Part shown: in pieces, positions 40,358 to 50,032 of the stretch
How the letters are laid out: every line of letters starts with the position of its first letter
How positions within the stretch are numbered: position 1 is the stretch's first letter
IMG/VR virus record: IMGVR_UViG_3300027730_000821
Location: 1 to 64,000 of that record
Length of the DNA stretch: 64,000 nt
From: an uncultured virus (IMG/VR IMGVR_UViG_3300027730_000821)
Taxonomy: Duplodnaviria > Heunggongvirae > Uroviricota > Caudoviricetes
Direction: 5' to 3' (one strand)
Made by a program: the position numbers and the translations under genes
The notes under the pieces: model-generated
The model's input: the letters and a program-made list of their open reading frames with translations, nothing else
What the model was told of the DNA's origin: nothing
Database searches by the model: none

Positions 40358-40834
40358 ATGGAAAATACTGTAACAACTATACTCTCTGTTAGAGAACAAG
40401 CACAGGCTGAAAAGCGTGTTCGTATCAGGGAACATGCAAAGCGCATGATCTGGGTAACTTTTCAGCGAGAAGGTATCCACAAGTATCCGGGAGCAGACAC
40501 TGATCCGAGTCTGGCAACGGGAGACGAATATGATGTCAGTTTTCTAGGTTTCCCGCACAGACATATTTTCCACTTTACAGTGGGAATACAAGTATTTCAT
40601 AACGACCGAGATATAGAGTTTATTCAGTTCAAGCGTTGGCTCGAAAAGAGTTTCAATGATGGACTGATGCAACTAGACTATCGTTCGTGTGAAATGGTTA
40701 GCGATGAACTCTATGATATGATTGCGACTCGCTATCCAAAACGTGACATTGAGATTACTGTTTCAGAAGACGGTGAGAACGGTGCCACTATCTACTATAA
40801 TGCAACTCGTCCTTCTCAATCAATCCCCATCTAA
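40358..40834 (+). CDS. QueD-like T-fold protein, candidate DpdL (CDG decarboxylase)
   Basis: 'LGFPHRHIF' (LxxxHRHxF), 'SCEM', 'VSEDGENGA'; lacks QueD CxxxHG. Confidence 0.65.
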   Translation: MENTVTTILSVREQAQAEKRVRIREHAKRMIWVTFQREGIHKYPGADTDPSLATGDEYDVSFLGFPHRHIFHFTVGIQVFHNDRDIEFIQFKRWLEKSFNDGLMQLDYRSCEMVSDELYDMIATRYPKRDIEITVSEDGENGATIYYNATRPSQSIPI

Positions 40835-40845
40835 AGGAATATAAA

Positions 40846-41088
40846 ATGTCTAAGAGCCCAATTAAGTCTAATGCCGTCCGTGTTCGTCAGGTTTTTGATG
40901 ACCTTGATACTTATCGTACTTTCTGCCGAGATTTCGGTTATGGATTCGATGAGCGTGATCTATATAGTAATAAGAGCTATGTTTATCGGCAATATCAGAA
41001 ATTTATTGCTGGTAAGCCAGTGAAGAATCAATGGGAGATTGATTTAGCACGATTTAAAGAACAGGCGACAACCAGTCGTCGTGGATAA
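40846..41088 (+). CDS. Hypothetical protein
   Basis: AAGGA RBS; 80 aa. Confidence 0.6.
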   Translation: MSKSPIKSNAVRVRQVFDDLDTYRTFCRDFGYGFDERDLYSNKSYVYRQYQKFIAGKPVKNQWEIDLARFKEQATTSRRG

Positions 41089-41845
41089 AGTAGTTGTCAT
41101 CGTAACGGGAGGCTTCGATCCACTGCATAGCGGGCACTTGAGTTATATCAATGCAGCGCGTGCATTAGGTGACATTCTCGTTGTGGGAATTAACAGTGAT
41201 GAGTGGCTGATACGTAAGAAGGATCGGCCATTCATGTCACACCAAGAAAGATCGGCTATCATGGCAGCTTTACTAGGTGTAGATTATGTGTGGACATTCG
41301 ATGATACCGATGGTAGCGGAAAAGATGCTATTCGAATAGCAAGAAACATGTTTCCAAATTCGAAACTAATCTTTGCTAATGGAGGCGACCGTACTATCGA
41401 AAATATTCCTGAAATGGATATAGATGATGACAATATCGAATTTGTATTTGGTGTTGGCGGCAGTAACAAAGTCAATAGTTCAAGCCAGCTACTACACGAA
41501 TGGAAAGTGCCCAAAACAACTCGTAGCTGGGGATACTATCGAGTATTACACGAGCAGCACCCCGAAGTAAAACTCAAAGAACTTGTGATCGATCCAGGCA
41601 AATGTTTGAGTATGCAGCGGCATAAAAATAGGTCAGAACTGTGGTTTGTTGCAGAAGGAGTAGCTCTGCTAAAAAGCCTAGCTGATGTTACAACAGTACA
41701 CAAGCAGTTTGATATTATTCATATTCCCAAAGATAGTTGGCACCAACTATCAAATGCATCACCAGATGTTCCATTAAAGATCATCGAGATTCAATATGGC
41801 ACAGAATGCAACGAAGAAGACATAGAGAGAAAACACAATGCGTAA
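41081..41845 (+). CDS. Cytidylyltransferase-like domain fused to cupin (mannose-6-phosphate isomerase-like)
   Basis: 'GGFDPLHSGH', 'GINSD', 'NGGDR'; 'RSWGYY', 'LSMQRH..RSELW', 'IIEIQYG....EDIER'. Confidence 0.85.
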   Translation: MDKVVVIVTGGFDPLHSGHLSYINAARALGDILVVGINSDEWLIRKKDRPFMSHQERSAIMAALLGVDYVWTFDDTDGSGKDAIRIARNMFPNSKLIFANGGDRTIENIPEMDIDDDNIEFVFGVGGSNKVNSSSQLLHEWKVPKTTRSWGYYRVLHEQHPEVKLKELVIDPGKCLSMQRHKNRSELWFVAEGVALLKSLADVTTVHKQFDIIHIPKDSWHQLSNASPDVPLKIIEIQYGTECNEEDIERKHNA

Positions 41846-43025
41846 ACTTTACTACATGGGGCTTGAGGCCTATACCGCTCGTTACACGCTACAGTTGACC
41901 GATTGGAACAGTCGGGTATTTCATGACCGTAAACTCAAGGTCGTGTATGTTCCCGGAACAACGCTCGATAATAGGCAAAAGATCGTTGTTGGACAAGTAC
42001 TAGATGCACATGGTCGCAGCTATTTTGCCATGAGTCAGATGATGAATCTGGTAGCGATGATGCAAAAAGGTGAAATTACTAACGAAGACGTAATCTACTT
42101 CGAAGATATGTTTCAGCCGGGCTTTGAGAGTCTTGGGTATATCTTGAATCAGGTTCCTGATAAACTACGTCCACGCATCTTTGTTCGTTGTCTAGCACAG
42201 ACTATCGACCCCGATGACTTTGTTCATGTCTGGGGCATGAACAAGTGGATGAGCAACTACGAACATATGGTTAATGACATCGTTTCTTTCTCTAAGGGTG
42301 CAATTCTCGCAACTAGTGAAGAAATGGTCATGAACATGAAGGTCGCAGGTTGGACTGCTCCTATCTACAATATCTCAGGACTTGCTTTTGGCAAGTATGA
42401 AGTTATTGGACGAGTAGAAAAGATTAAGGCTTTTACTGATCGTCGTATGCGAGTGGTATTTAGCGCCCGCTGGGATCAGGAGAAGCAGCCAGACTTCTAT
42501 ATGGATTTGATTGAAGCATGGAGTGAAAGATATCCCAGTAAAGATGTTGAGTTCGTTGTTTGTAGTGGTAGTTCACTGAAGTCAAACAATGAAAGTTACA
42601 TGGTCCGTACTCGTAAGATGCAAGATAGCGGCAAGCTGACTATCTACGAAAACCTCGAAAAGGATCAGTATTACGAGATTCTTAACGATAGTCGTGTAGT
42701 CTTCAATTGTGCATTGCAAGATTGGGTCTCAAACACGGTAAGCGAAGCAGATGCATTAGGTTGTAACGTACTTTATCCAGCGTATCGCTCGTTCCCTGAA
42801 ACATTCGCAAATGATCATGAACGTCTCTATACGCCATGGTCGTTAGAAGATGCAGTTAATAAGTTGGATCCTCTTCTCAGGAAACCTCATGTCAACATGG
42901 GCAAGATCAGTGATTGGACTAATGGTACTGTTGATCGCATCGTTGATATCATCGAAGGTAAAGGTGAAGGGTGGTTACGCATGTCAACTGACTATCGTAA
43001 GTATTCTAAGGAAGCAAAGTACTAA
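41838..43025 (+). CDS. GT-B (group 1-like) glycosyltransferase
   Basis: '[11 protein letters not shown]', '[11 protein letters not shown]...YP..RSFPE'. Confidence 0.7.
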   Translation: MRKLYYMGLEAYTARYTLQLTDWNSRVFHDRKLKVVYVPGTTLDNRQKIVVGQVLDAHGRSYFAMSQMMNLVAMMQKGEITNEDVIYFEDMFQPGFESLGYILNQVPDKLRPRIFVRCLAQTIDPDDFVHVWGMNKWMSNYEHMVNDIVSFSKGAILATSEEMVMNMKVAGWTAPIYNISGLAFGKYEVIGRVEKIKAFTDRRMRVVFSARWDQEKQPDFYMDLIEAWSERYPSKDVEFVVCSGSSLKSNNESYMVRTRKMQDSGKLTIYENLEKDQYYEILNDSRVVFNCALQDWVSNTVSEADALGCNVLYPAYRSFPETFANDHERLYTPWSLEDAVNKLDPLLRKPHVNMGKISDWTNGTVDRIVDIIEGKGEGWLRMSTDYRKYSKEAKY

Positions 43026-44089
43026 TGCATATTGAAAACGAAATTCTACTAGACTTTAGTGACGTGTTGATTCGGCCAAAAAGGTCAACACTAGCTAGCC
43101 GTAAAGACGTACATCTGCATCGAACCTATACATTTAAGCATAGCGGTCATGTTTGGAATGGTATCCCTATTATGGCTGCTAACATGGATGGCGTAGGCAC
43201 CGTCGAAATGGCTTTGGCATTGCAAACTCAAGACATATTTACTTGCTTAACCAAAGATAATATTGAAATTCCCCCTGGGTTAAATTCTGATAGATATGCT
43301 ATCAGCACTGGTACAAGCGACAGAGACTTTGAACGCTTACAAATGCTATTAAACAAGCATCCTTATATTCATTTTATCTGTATTGATGTTGCTAACGGAT
43401 ATAGCGAACACTTTGGTGACTTTGTTACTAAGATTAGAAAAGAATACCCCAGCCACACAATTATCGCGGGCAATGTTGTTACCGCAGACATGACACAGGA
43501 GTTAATTTTACGTGGAGCAGATATTGTTAAGGTGGGCATCGGGCCAGGGAGCGTTTGCACAACTCGTATTCAAACTGGCGTTGGTTATCCTCAGCTTAGT
43601 GCTATTGTGGAGTGCAGTGATGCTGCTCACGGTCTTGGTGGCCATATCATTGCCGACGGAGGCTGCACCTGTCCAGGAGATGTTGCTAAGGCATTCGGCG
43701 CCGGTGCAGATTTCGTGATGCTAGGTGGTATGCTTGCTGGCCACGACGAGGGCGGCGGAAAAATATTCAAACGCTGGGTAAAAACTGAATATTCTAGTGA
43801 ACTAGGTAAACCCATTCGCGATTGCGAATATCGAGTACAGTTCTATGGTATGAGTTCCGATTCGGCTATGCGTAAGCATCACGGCAGTGTTGCTGACTAT
43901 CGTAGTAGTGAAGGACGAACGGTAGAGATTCCTTATAAGGGTCCGGTAGAAGATACTGTTAAGGATATTCTAGGCGGTTTAAGAAGTGCGTGTACGTATA
44001 CCGGGGCTTCCGAACTTAAACACTTAAGTAAATGCACAACCTTTGTTCGGGTAAATAAACAATTTAATGATACATACGTCAAGCGATAA
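43025..44089 (+). CDS. guaC: GMP reductase
   Basis: '[13 protein letters not shown]', 'AANMD', 'DVANGYSE', '[13 protein letters not shown]', 'FYGMSS', 'YRSSEG'. Confidence 0.93.
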   Translation: MHIENEILLDFSDVLIRPKRSTLASRKDVHLHRTYTFKHSGHVWNGIPIMAANMDGVGTVEMALALQTQDIFTCLTKDNIEIPPGLNSDRYAISTGTSDRDFERLQMLLNKHPYIHFICIDVANGYSEHFGDFVTKIRKEYPSHTIIAGNVVTADMTQELILRGADIVKVGIGPGSVCTTRIQTGVGYPQLSAIVECSDAAHGLGGHIIADGGCTCPGDVAKAFGAGADFVMLGGMLAGHDEGGGKIFKRWVKTEYSSELGKPIRDCEYRVQFYGMSSDSAMRKHHGSVADYRSSEGRTVEIPYKGPVEDTVKDILGGLRSACTYTGASELKHLSKCTTFVRVNKQFNDTYVKR

Positions 44090-44172
44090 ATAATAATGTA
44101 GCACAAAGGCTACAAAGTGAGAGTGAACTCTCCGTTGGGTATTAACGTTAGATACTTTGAAAGGAAAAAAAT

Positions 44173-44853
44173 ATGTCTTTTAATAAAAATAAATGTGACC
44201 CCGAATTGGGTCGTCTCGTCCATGAACATCTTGTAAAGATGGGGGTTGAAACTCCCACTATCGAAAACAATCTCAGCAGAACCGACAAAATTGAGATCAT
44301 TGAACGCAAGTTTAAGGATATCATGGAAACCTTAGGGCTTGACCTAAGTGATGATAGTCTTATTGAAACTCCCAAGCGTGTTGCCAAAATGTATGTAGGT
44401 GAAATCTTTTGGGGCCTCGACTACGAAGCATTTCCCAAGTGTACTACAGTTGACAACAAGATGAACTACGATGAAATGGTAGTAGAGCGTAACATTATTG
44501 TTATGAGTAACTGTGAACATCATTTTGTCCAAATTGACGGTCTTGCTACTGTTGCGTATGTACCCAACGAAAAGGTTCTTGGTCTATCCAAGATCAATCG
44601 TATTGTTGAATATTTCAGCAAGCGGCCACAGATTCAGGAGCGTTTGACTGAACAGGTATTTCACACTCTTTGCTACATTCTTGAAACCGAAGATGTTGCA
44701 GTCATGATTGATGCCCAGCACTATTGTGTTAAGTCGCGCGGTGTAGAAGATACAGGGTCAAGCACAGTAACGTGTAAGCTGGGCGGCGGATTCAAGTCTG
44801 ACCCTGCTGCTCGTGCAGAGTTTCTTAGTATCGCTCGCATGAGTAAGTGCTAA
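44173..44853 (+). CDS. folE: GTP cyclohydrolase I
   Basis: 'ETPKRVAKM', 'CEHH', 'GLSKINR', 'RPQIQERLT', 'HYCVKSRG'. Confidence 0.95.
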   Translation: MSFNKNKCDPELGRLVHEHLVKMGVETPTIENNLSRTDKIEIIERKFKDIMETLGLDLSDDSLIETPKRVAKMYVGEIFWGLDYEAFPKCTTVDNKMNYDEMVVERNIIVMSNCEHHFVQIDGLATVAYVPNEKVLGLSKINRIVEYFSKRPQIQERLTEQVFHTLCYILETEDVAVMIDAQHYCVKSRGVEDTGSSTVTCKLGGGFKSDPAARAEFLSIARMSKC

Positions 44854-44870
44854 CGGAATTTATCATATCA

Positions 44871-45083
44871 ATGGCCCAGCTAGACCTTCACGGTGTTAGA
44901 CACCAGGATGTTGATCTGTTAGTGGAGAACTTCGTTCTAATGAACCAGAATGAGTTCCCACTAACTATCATCTGCGGTAACAGCATTAAAATGATTAAGC
45001 TGGTTGAGAATACGATAAATAGGATTGGATGCGATGCAACTATGATCAGACATGGATTCATAGTTATTCAGCGTATCAAATAA
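44871..45083 (+). CDS. Small Smr-domain-like protein
   Basis: 'LDLHG' and 'IICGNS'. Confidence 0.55.
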   Translation: MAQLDLHGVRHQDVDLLVENFVLMNQNEFPLTIICGNSIKMIKLVENTINRIGCDATMIRHGFIVIQRIK

Positions 45084-45127
45084 ACAGCGGTCTTGGCGTC
45101 ATTCCCGCTTGACAAATTCTGCCGCCT
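45083..45127 (+). promoter_or_regulatory. Pseudoknot RNA motif, copy 1 (riboswitch candidate)
   Basis: AGCGG/CCGCT stem; loop GGCG pairs with downstream CGCC. Confidence 0.55.
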
Positions 45128-45155
45128 ATGTTATGCTAATATAGGAGATTAAAAT

Positions 45156-45303
45156 ATGGCAAATCAACCAGGCAACTATTATCAAATATGCTCGGAGAAG
45201 GATATCAGGATCATGGTCTTGATCTAAATCAGATTTATAATGCAGAAGGCTTTTGTGAAGTTGAGGATATCCTCAACTACATCAATCGTCGGTATGCTTA
45301 TTA
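45156..45303 (+). pseudogene. Possible gene remnant between the two pseudoknot copies
   Basis: Strong AGGAG RBS but only 23 codons (MANQPG...MVLI*); a different frame continues to ...INRRYAY*. Confidence 0.35.
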
Positions 45304-45350
45304 ACAGTGGTCTTTGACACTCATTCCCACTATAAACATTCTGCGTGTCA
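45303..45350 (+). promoter_or_regulatory. Pseudoknot RNA motif, copy 2, directly upstream of queD RBS
   Basis: AGTGG/CCACT stem; loop TGACAC pairs with GTGTCA, 4 nt before AAGGAG. Confidence 0.6.
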
Positions 45351-45367
45351 TCTAAAGGAGAAAAAAG

Positions 45368-45847
45368 ATGACAAAAAAATATGTATCAACTAAAGAATAT
45401 TCACACCTTGCGCCTCTGGCGTATCGGCAATGGCGAGCGGATAGTCACTGTCGTTTAATACACGGCTATGCATTGTCTTTCAAATTTGAATTTGAATGCG
45501 ATGACCTTGACGCCCGAAATTGGTGTTTTGATTACGGTGGGCTCCGGCCACTTAAGGATTTCCTAGAAGATAATTTTGACCACGTATTACTTTTAGCCCA
45601 AGATGATCCATACTATGATACCATTAAGCAACTAGGAGAATTAGGATTGGCAAAGATAATTGAGGTTGAAAAGACCGGATGCGAGGGACTTGCAGATTAC
45701 CTGTATGAATATGTGAATACTATTTTCCTTCCATCCTGCGGCGAGGCAGAGGCTGCAAGAGTTTGGTGTGCGAAAGTAGAAGTGAGAGAAACCCCATCAA
45801 ACATGGCATACAGGCAAGGCCATAGAGAAGACGGCGAGTTTCTATAA
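45368..45847 (+). CDS. queD: 6-carboxytetrahydropterin synthase
   Basis: 'SHCRLIHGY', 'DYGGL', 'FDH', 'EVRET..NMA'. Confidence 0.88.
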   Translation: MTKKYVSTKEYSHLAPLAYRQWRADSHCRLIHGYALSFKFEFECDDLDARNWCFDYGGLRPLKDFLEDNFDHVLLLAQDDPYYDTIKQLGELGLAKIIEVEKTGCEGLADYLYEYVNTIFLPSCGEAEAARVWCAKVEVRETPSNMAYRQGHREDGEFL

Positions 45848-45866
45848 TAGAATCAGTGGGGAATAA

Positions 45867-46565
45867 TTATTTATTTCCCGCTATTTTGCATTTATTTCCA
45901 TGCCATCTTTTATAATTTCCAGCATTAAGTCCTGACTTGCCGCAATATTCACACGAACGATTCTTTTGGTTTAGCTTATTTGCCAATGATTTATTTAAAG
46001 AATATTGTTTCTTTCTGGCCTCTGAGATTTTTGTTAAAATTTCAGGGGTCAGTATAGCACCAAATCTAGGATTGTTCTCTCCTTGCGAATGCTTTGTTCG
46101 GACGAACGTTTCTTTTCGTTTTAAATTTGCTGCATCCGATTGCATCAGGTTAACGAATCTATCTACCATAAATTTCCGAAATTCCGGATCCTCTTCCATG
46201 TGCCTCCGCCTACTTTTGTGACTATTCTTCCATGAAGAATCCGAGTAGTTGTCTGTTAAAATTGCTTTACTATCGGATTTATTAAGCCAATCTTCCTTAT
46301 ACACCGCCTTTACTCTTTTTATGTAAGTATGCTCATATAATCTACATTCTGCTGCTGTAGTAAAAGTACGATGAATAACAACTATATCTGGAGGCCCGTA
46401 CTTTTGCCAATGTTCATTGACACTAACTGACGATGTAGTATATCGACCGGTCAGTATGTTCTCTGGGTTAGCTTTTTTGCCGTACTGACAGCCATAATAT
46501 TTGGTATTGGTGCCTCGCCACATAATAAAGTAAGTATAGGGTGTAAAGACAGAATAAATAGACAT
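45867..46565 (-). CDS. GIY-YIG (Seg-like) homing endonuclease
   Basis: 'YTYFI...KYYG...YTTSS...YEH...WLNKS'; 'GENNPRFG'; C-terminal 'CEYCGK...RWHGNKC'. Confidence 0.75.
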   Translation of the reverse strand: MSIYSVFTPYTYFIMWRGTNTKYYGCQYGKKANPENILTGRYTTSSVSVNEHWQKYGPPDIVVIHRTFTTAAECRLYEHTYIKRVKAVYKEDWLNKSDSKAILTDNYSDSSWKNSHKSRRRHMEEDPEFRKFMVDRFVNLMQSDAANLKRKETFVRTKHSQGENNPRFGAILTPEILTKISEARKKQYSLNKSLANKLNQKNRSCEYCGKSGLNAGNYKRWHGNKCKIAGNK

Positions 46566-46632
46566 GCTGGTAGTTCCTTTTCAACTATTAGAGTGAGTGG
46601 GAATGGGAGTTCCGTGACTCACGCTTATTTAT
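46563..46632 (-). promoter_or_regulatory. Conserved structured leader of endonuclease gene, copy 2
   Basis: Minus strand: ATAAATA..GTGAGT CAC GGAA(loop)TTCC C ACTCAC TCTAA TAGTT(GAAAAGG)AACTA CCAGC ATG. Confidence 0.8.
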
Positions 46633-46640
46633 CTTTTTTC

Positions 46641-46669
46641 TTGACAACCTAACCTAAATAGTATATAAT
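46641..46669 (+). promoter_or_regulatory. Consensus sigma70 promoter
   Basis: TTGACA-N17-TATAAT. Confidence 0.75.
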
Positions 46670-46684
46670 AATTTATTGATATAA

Positions 46685-46731
46685 AAAGTATATAATGACT
46701 AAGAAAGTATATAATGACTAAGAAAGTATAT
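46685..46731 (+). repeat. 19-bp tandem repeat (about 2.5 copies) over the PRTase start
   Basis: AAAGTATATAATGACTAAG twice plus AAAGTATAT. Confidence 0.9.
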
Positions 46732-47268
46732 TACACTGACAAACAGATTGACGGTATGGTTCATAACATCATAAGACAGATTACTGTAGACCAGTTTCGA
46801 CCTGATTATGTTGTAGGCATTACCAGAGGAGGATTAGTTCCTGCTCTAATGATTAGCCATTATTTGAATATTCCAATGCATACACTAAAAGTCAGTTTGC
46901 GCAGCGATCCCCCTGATACTGAACTAAATGCCTGGATGTCTGAAGATGCATTTGGGTATGTTTCGTCGGATGATCGCCCTGTCATAAAAAGTCGTTGGGA
47001 TACCAAAAAGCGTAAAAATATCCTGATCGTGGATGACATCAATGATAGCGGCATGACCTTTGATTGGATTAAACAAGATTGGATTAATAGCTGCTTCCCG
47101 GATCAAAAAGAAGCTTGGGATTCAGTTTGGAATCATAATGTGAAGTTTGCTGTTTTGGTAGAGAACGAAGCAAGTGATTTTGAAGGAATCGACTATTTTG
47201 GGGAAGCCATAAACAAAATTGAAGATCCGGTCGCTATTCGATTTCCCTGGGAGCGGTGGTGGAAGTAG
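46714..47268 (+). CDS. Type I phosphoribosyltransferase (Gpt/Hpt-like)
   Basis: 'VVGITRGGLVPA', PRPP loop 'ILIVDDINDSGMT', 'FPWE'. Confidence 0.88.
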   Translation: MTKKVYYTDKQIDGMVHNIIRQITVDQFRPDYVVGITRGGLVPALMISHYLNIPMHTLKVSLRSDPPDTELNAWMSEDAFGYVSSDDRPVIKSRWDTKKRKNILIVDDINDSGMTFDWIKQDWINSCFPDQKEAWDSVWNHNVKFAVLVENEASDFEGIDYFGEAINKIEDPVAIRFPWERWWK

Positions 47269-47678
47269 TGAATATCGTTCCGTTATGTGACGAGCTAATG
47301 GTTCAACAACAGATTACATCCGAGTGGCAACATATGGTAGGGGTGATCATGCTGAACCAGACTCATAGGTTGTTGGTAAAAAGGGTCCTTCCTGAATTCT
47401 TATCTAGATGGGACACATGTGAGAAGTTCTTGACAAGTACGAGCGAAGAAGTATATGAAGTTATACGTCCGCTTGGATTAGTCATTGTTCGGGAAAACCG
47501 AATTAGAAGGATGTCCAATCAATACTTGACATGGGACAAGAGTGATGCTAAAGTTCTTTATGGTATAGGAAAGTATGGCAGTGATAGTTATGAGATTTTC
47601 TTTAAGAACAACTATGCTGTACAACCTACTGATAAAGAATTAGTGCGATACCTAAGAGAAGAATGCATAGATGCATAA
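47256..47678 (+). CDS. HhH-GPD DNA glycosylase (MBD4-like, minimal)
   Basis: 'IMLNQT', 'IRPLGL', HhH 'LYGIGKYGSDSY', 'PTDKEL'. Confidence 0.75.
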   Translation: MVEVVNIVPLCDELMVQQQITSEWQHMVGVIMLNQTHRLLVKRVLPEFLSRWDTCEKFLTSTSEEVYEVIRPLGLVIVRENRIRRMSNQYLTWDKSDAKVLYGIGKYGSDSYEIFFKNNYAVQPTDKELVRYLREECIDA

Positions 47679-47844
47679 TAAAATTGTGAATTATATAGAT
47701 GCTAAGAATGGTAGGCATTTGTATTCTATTCCTTTCTACGATCCAGATAACTTATATGAAGGTTGGATTTACAAATCGGGCGACAAATATAAGACATATG
47801 AAGAATATCTAAAAGAACGAGACAATGACGCAAATCAAGATTAG
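47671..47844 (+). CDS. Small hypothetical protein (57 aa, not in ORF track)
   Basis: Fills the gap with overlaps on both sides. Confidence 0.45.
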   Translation: MHNKIVNYIDAKNGRHLYSIPFYDPDNLYEGWIYKSGDKYKTYEEYLKERDNDANQD

Positions 47845-48679
47845 TGAACTATTTTATTCTATTCAGGGTGAAGGCAGGTATCAAGGCGTACCTAGCATTT
47901 TCCTAAGAACGTTTGGCTGCAACTTCACGTGTGGAGGATTTGGTATGCCTAAGGGAGAAACGTCTGTTGAACGGAAAAAGATCGACCCGAAAGTTTACAA
48001 AGATTACAATTCTCTCCCACTCGTCACCACTGGTTGCGATTCTTACGCCTCATGGGACCCTCGATTTAAGCATCTTTCTCCTAGTAAGGACATTGATACC
48101 ATTGTTGATGACATCATGGAACTACTACCGTTTAAAGAATGGAAAAACGAACATCTTGTCATCACAGGAGGAGAACCACTACTTGGATGGCAGCGAGCTT
48201 TCCCAAAACTCTTGAGTCATCCTAAGATGGCGGGTCTCAAAGAGATTACTTTTGAGACTAATGGTACACAGGAACTTTCACCTGAGTTCGCACACTATCT
48301 TGAAGACTGGAGCTGGCCAGAAGTATATCCGGGATTTGAACGAGAAATCACTTTTAGCGTCAGTCCTAAGTTAAGTTGTTCCGGTGAGTCTCATAAGAGT
48401 GCGATCAAACCTAAGGTTGTGCGTGAATATGAGAAATTTGGCTATGCATACCTCAAGTTTGTGATCTCTACAGAAGAAGATGCTCAGGAAGCACTTGAAG
48501 TATCTAAGCTATATCGTGATGAGGGTTTTGAGGGGCCTGTATATTTCATGCCCGTCGGTGGAGTAGAGAGTGTATATCAATTGAATAACCTTACAGTTGC
48601 CGAGTTAGCAATGAAGTATGGTGTCAGATATAGTGATCGACTACATCTACCTTTGTTTGGTAACCGCTGGGGAACGTAA
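47825..48679 (+). CDS. queE: 7-carboxy-7-deazaguanine synthase (radical SAM)
   Basis: 'ELFYSIQGEG', 'FLRTFGCNFTC...CDS', 'ITGGEP', 'ETNG', 'SVSPK', 'RLH'. Confidence 0.9.
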   Translation: MTQIKISELFYSIQGEGRYQGVPSIFLRTFGCNFTCGGFGMPKGETSVERKKIDPKVYKDYNSLPLVTTGCDSYASWDPRFKHLSPSKDIDTIVDDIMELLPFKEWKNEHLVITGGEPLLGWQRAFPKLLSHPKMAGLKEITFETNGTQELSPEFAHYLEDWSWPEVYPGFEREITFSVSPKLSCSGESHKSAIKPKVVREYEKFGYAYLKFVISTEEDAQEALEVSKLYRDEGFEGPVYFMPVGGVESVYQLNNLTVAELAMKYGVRYSDRLHLPLFGNRWGT

Positions 48680-48688
48680 AGGTAAAAT

Positions 48689-50032
48689 ATGAATACCTAT
48701 AACAAACGTATTGGATTTCTAGTCAGTTCTCAGACCTTAATTCCACACGGCGGAATAGGACAGTTCGCTAAGAGTTTCTGTGAAACGATGAATAGTCATG
48801 GAATTAAAGTAGATATCATAACCGACAAAGCTCCGCAAGGACTTAGCACAGAGTTCTTAGAATCATTCGATGCTAGGGTGATCTATCCAGACATCCCACT
48901 CAAGTATACCGATCATAGTGCTATCTTTATGTATGAAGATAGTTTTTGCTATGAAAGAATGGCCAATTTCCGTAATGCTATCGTTAAAGCATTCACTACC
49001 AACATCTATGACGTACTAGTATGTAATACCTATGAAACTATTCAAGTAGCGAGTACTATGGGACTTGATGAATGCGTACAGGTCATCGCATATACTCATC
49101 TTGAGAGTCAGATTTTCAAAGATACGAAGAATCCATTCTTTCATAGCACCAATGAGATGATGCGATTGCAGTTGCAGATGAATAACATCACTATCGGTAC
49201 ACAAAGCAAGTTCAATGAACTTCAGTTCGATAATACAGCTACTCATCTTCCTATTCCAGTAACTGAGAAAGAATTACTAAATCAGTACGTCAAGCCTAGA
49301 GAAGGTGTGTTGTTCATTGGACGTTGGGAAGAAGGGAAGAACCCCGAGTTGTTTATCGATCTGATCGAACAGACTAACTTGCCAGCTAAGGTAATGACAA
49401 GCGCAGCCGGAGCTAAGAAGTTTGAAGAACGATTGAAGAAAATCAATGCTACTTATGAGATCAAGGTGGGCATTATCGGCAAAGAAAAAGTAGACTTCAT
49501 CACGAGTGCTAGGATAGCATTTAACCCCAGCACAGTCGAAAGCTATGGTATGGCTTTCTATGAACAGACTATGCAATTACCTACTTTCTGCTTAATGAAT
49601 CAACGATGGACTCAAAACTTTTCTTCTCAGTTTTTCTTTGAAACCGACAAGAAAAACATGGCAAACGACGTGCGAGAGGCATATGAGATGTTCGATACCG
49701 CTGAAGCATGGTATATTAAGGGAGCTTTGGTAAATGCGAATAAGATCGAAAGCCAAGTGTTCCATAAATGGAATGAGTGTTTCAATTCATTCAAACCAAA
49801 AACGTCTAATAGCAATACGGCTAAGATTTGTAAAGAAACTACTATTAAGTACATAGATTTTATAAATGGATTGAATCGGGGTATCCTATGCATCGATGAC
49901 ATCAAGTCGGTGTTGATGAACAAGAATAAGTTTAGGGTGATTTATACAGATACCAATACATATCTGACTAAAGAACCCAACTTTGAACCAGCTGAGGAAA
50001 TGGTTGGATTGGGATTATTCGAGGGACTATGA
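48689..50032 (+). CDS. GT-B (group 1) glycosyltransferase
   Basis: 'HGGIG', 'LFIGRWEEGKNP', 'PSTVESYGMAFYE'. Confidence 0.8.
   Translation: MNTYNKRIGFLVSSQTLIPHGGIGQFAKSFCETMNSHGIKVDIITDKAPQGLSTEFLESFDARVIYPDIPLKYTDHSAIFMYEDSFCYERMANFRNAIVKAFTTNIYDVLVCNTYETIQVASTMGLDECVQVIAYTHLESQIFKDTKNPFFHSTNEMMRLQLQMNNITIGTQSKFNELQFDNTATHLPIPVTEKELLNQYVKPREGVLFIGRWEEGKNPELFIDLIEQTNLPAKVMTSAAGAKKFEERLKKINATYEIKVGIIGKEKVDFITSARIAFNPSTVESYGMAFYEQTMQLPTFCLMNQRWTQNFSSQFFFETDKKNMANDVREAYEMFDTAEAWYIKGALVNANKIESQVFHKWNECFNSFKPKTSNSNTAKICKETTIKYIDFINGLNRGILCIDDIKSVLMNKNKFRVIYTDTNTYLTKEPNFEPAEEMVGLGLFEGL

Noticed and set aside
43025..44089. IMP dehydrogenase call
   Set aside because: [12 protein letters not shown] and FYGMSS...SEG motifs fit type 1 GMP reductase better.
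46685..46731. CRISPR array
   Set aside because: Repeats are contiguous with no spacers; no cas genes or repeat-spacer array seen anywhere in the window.
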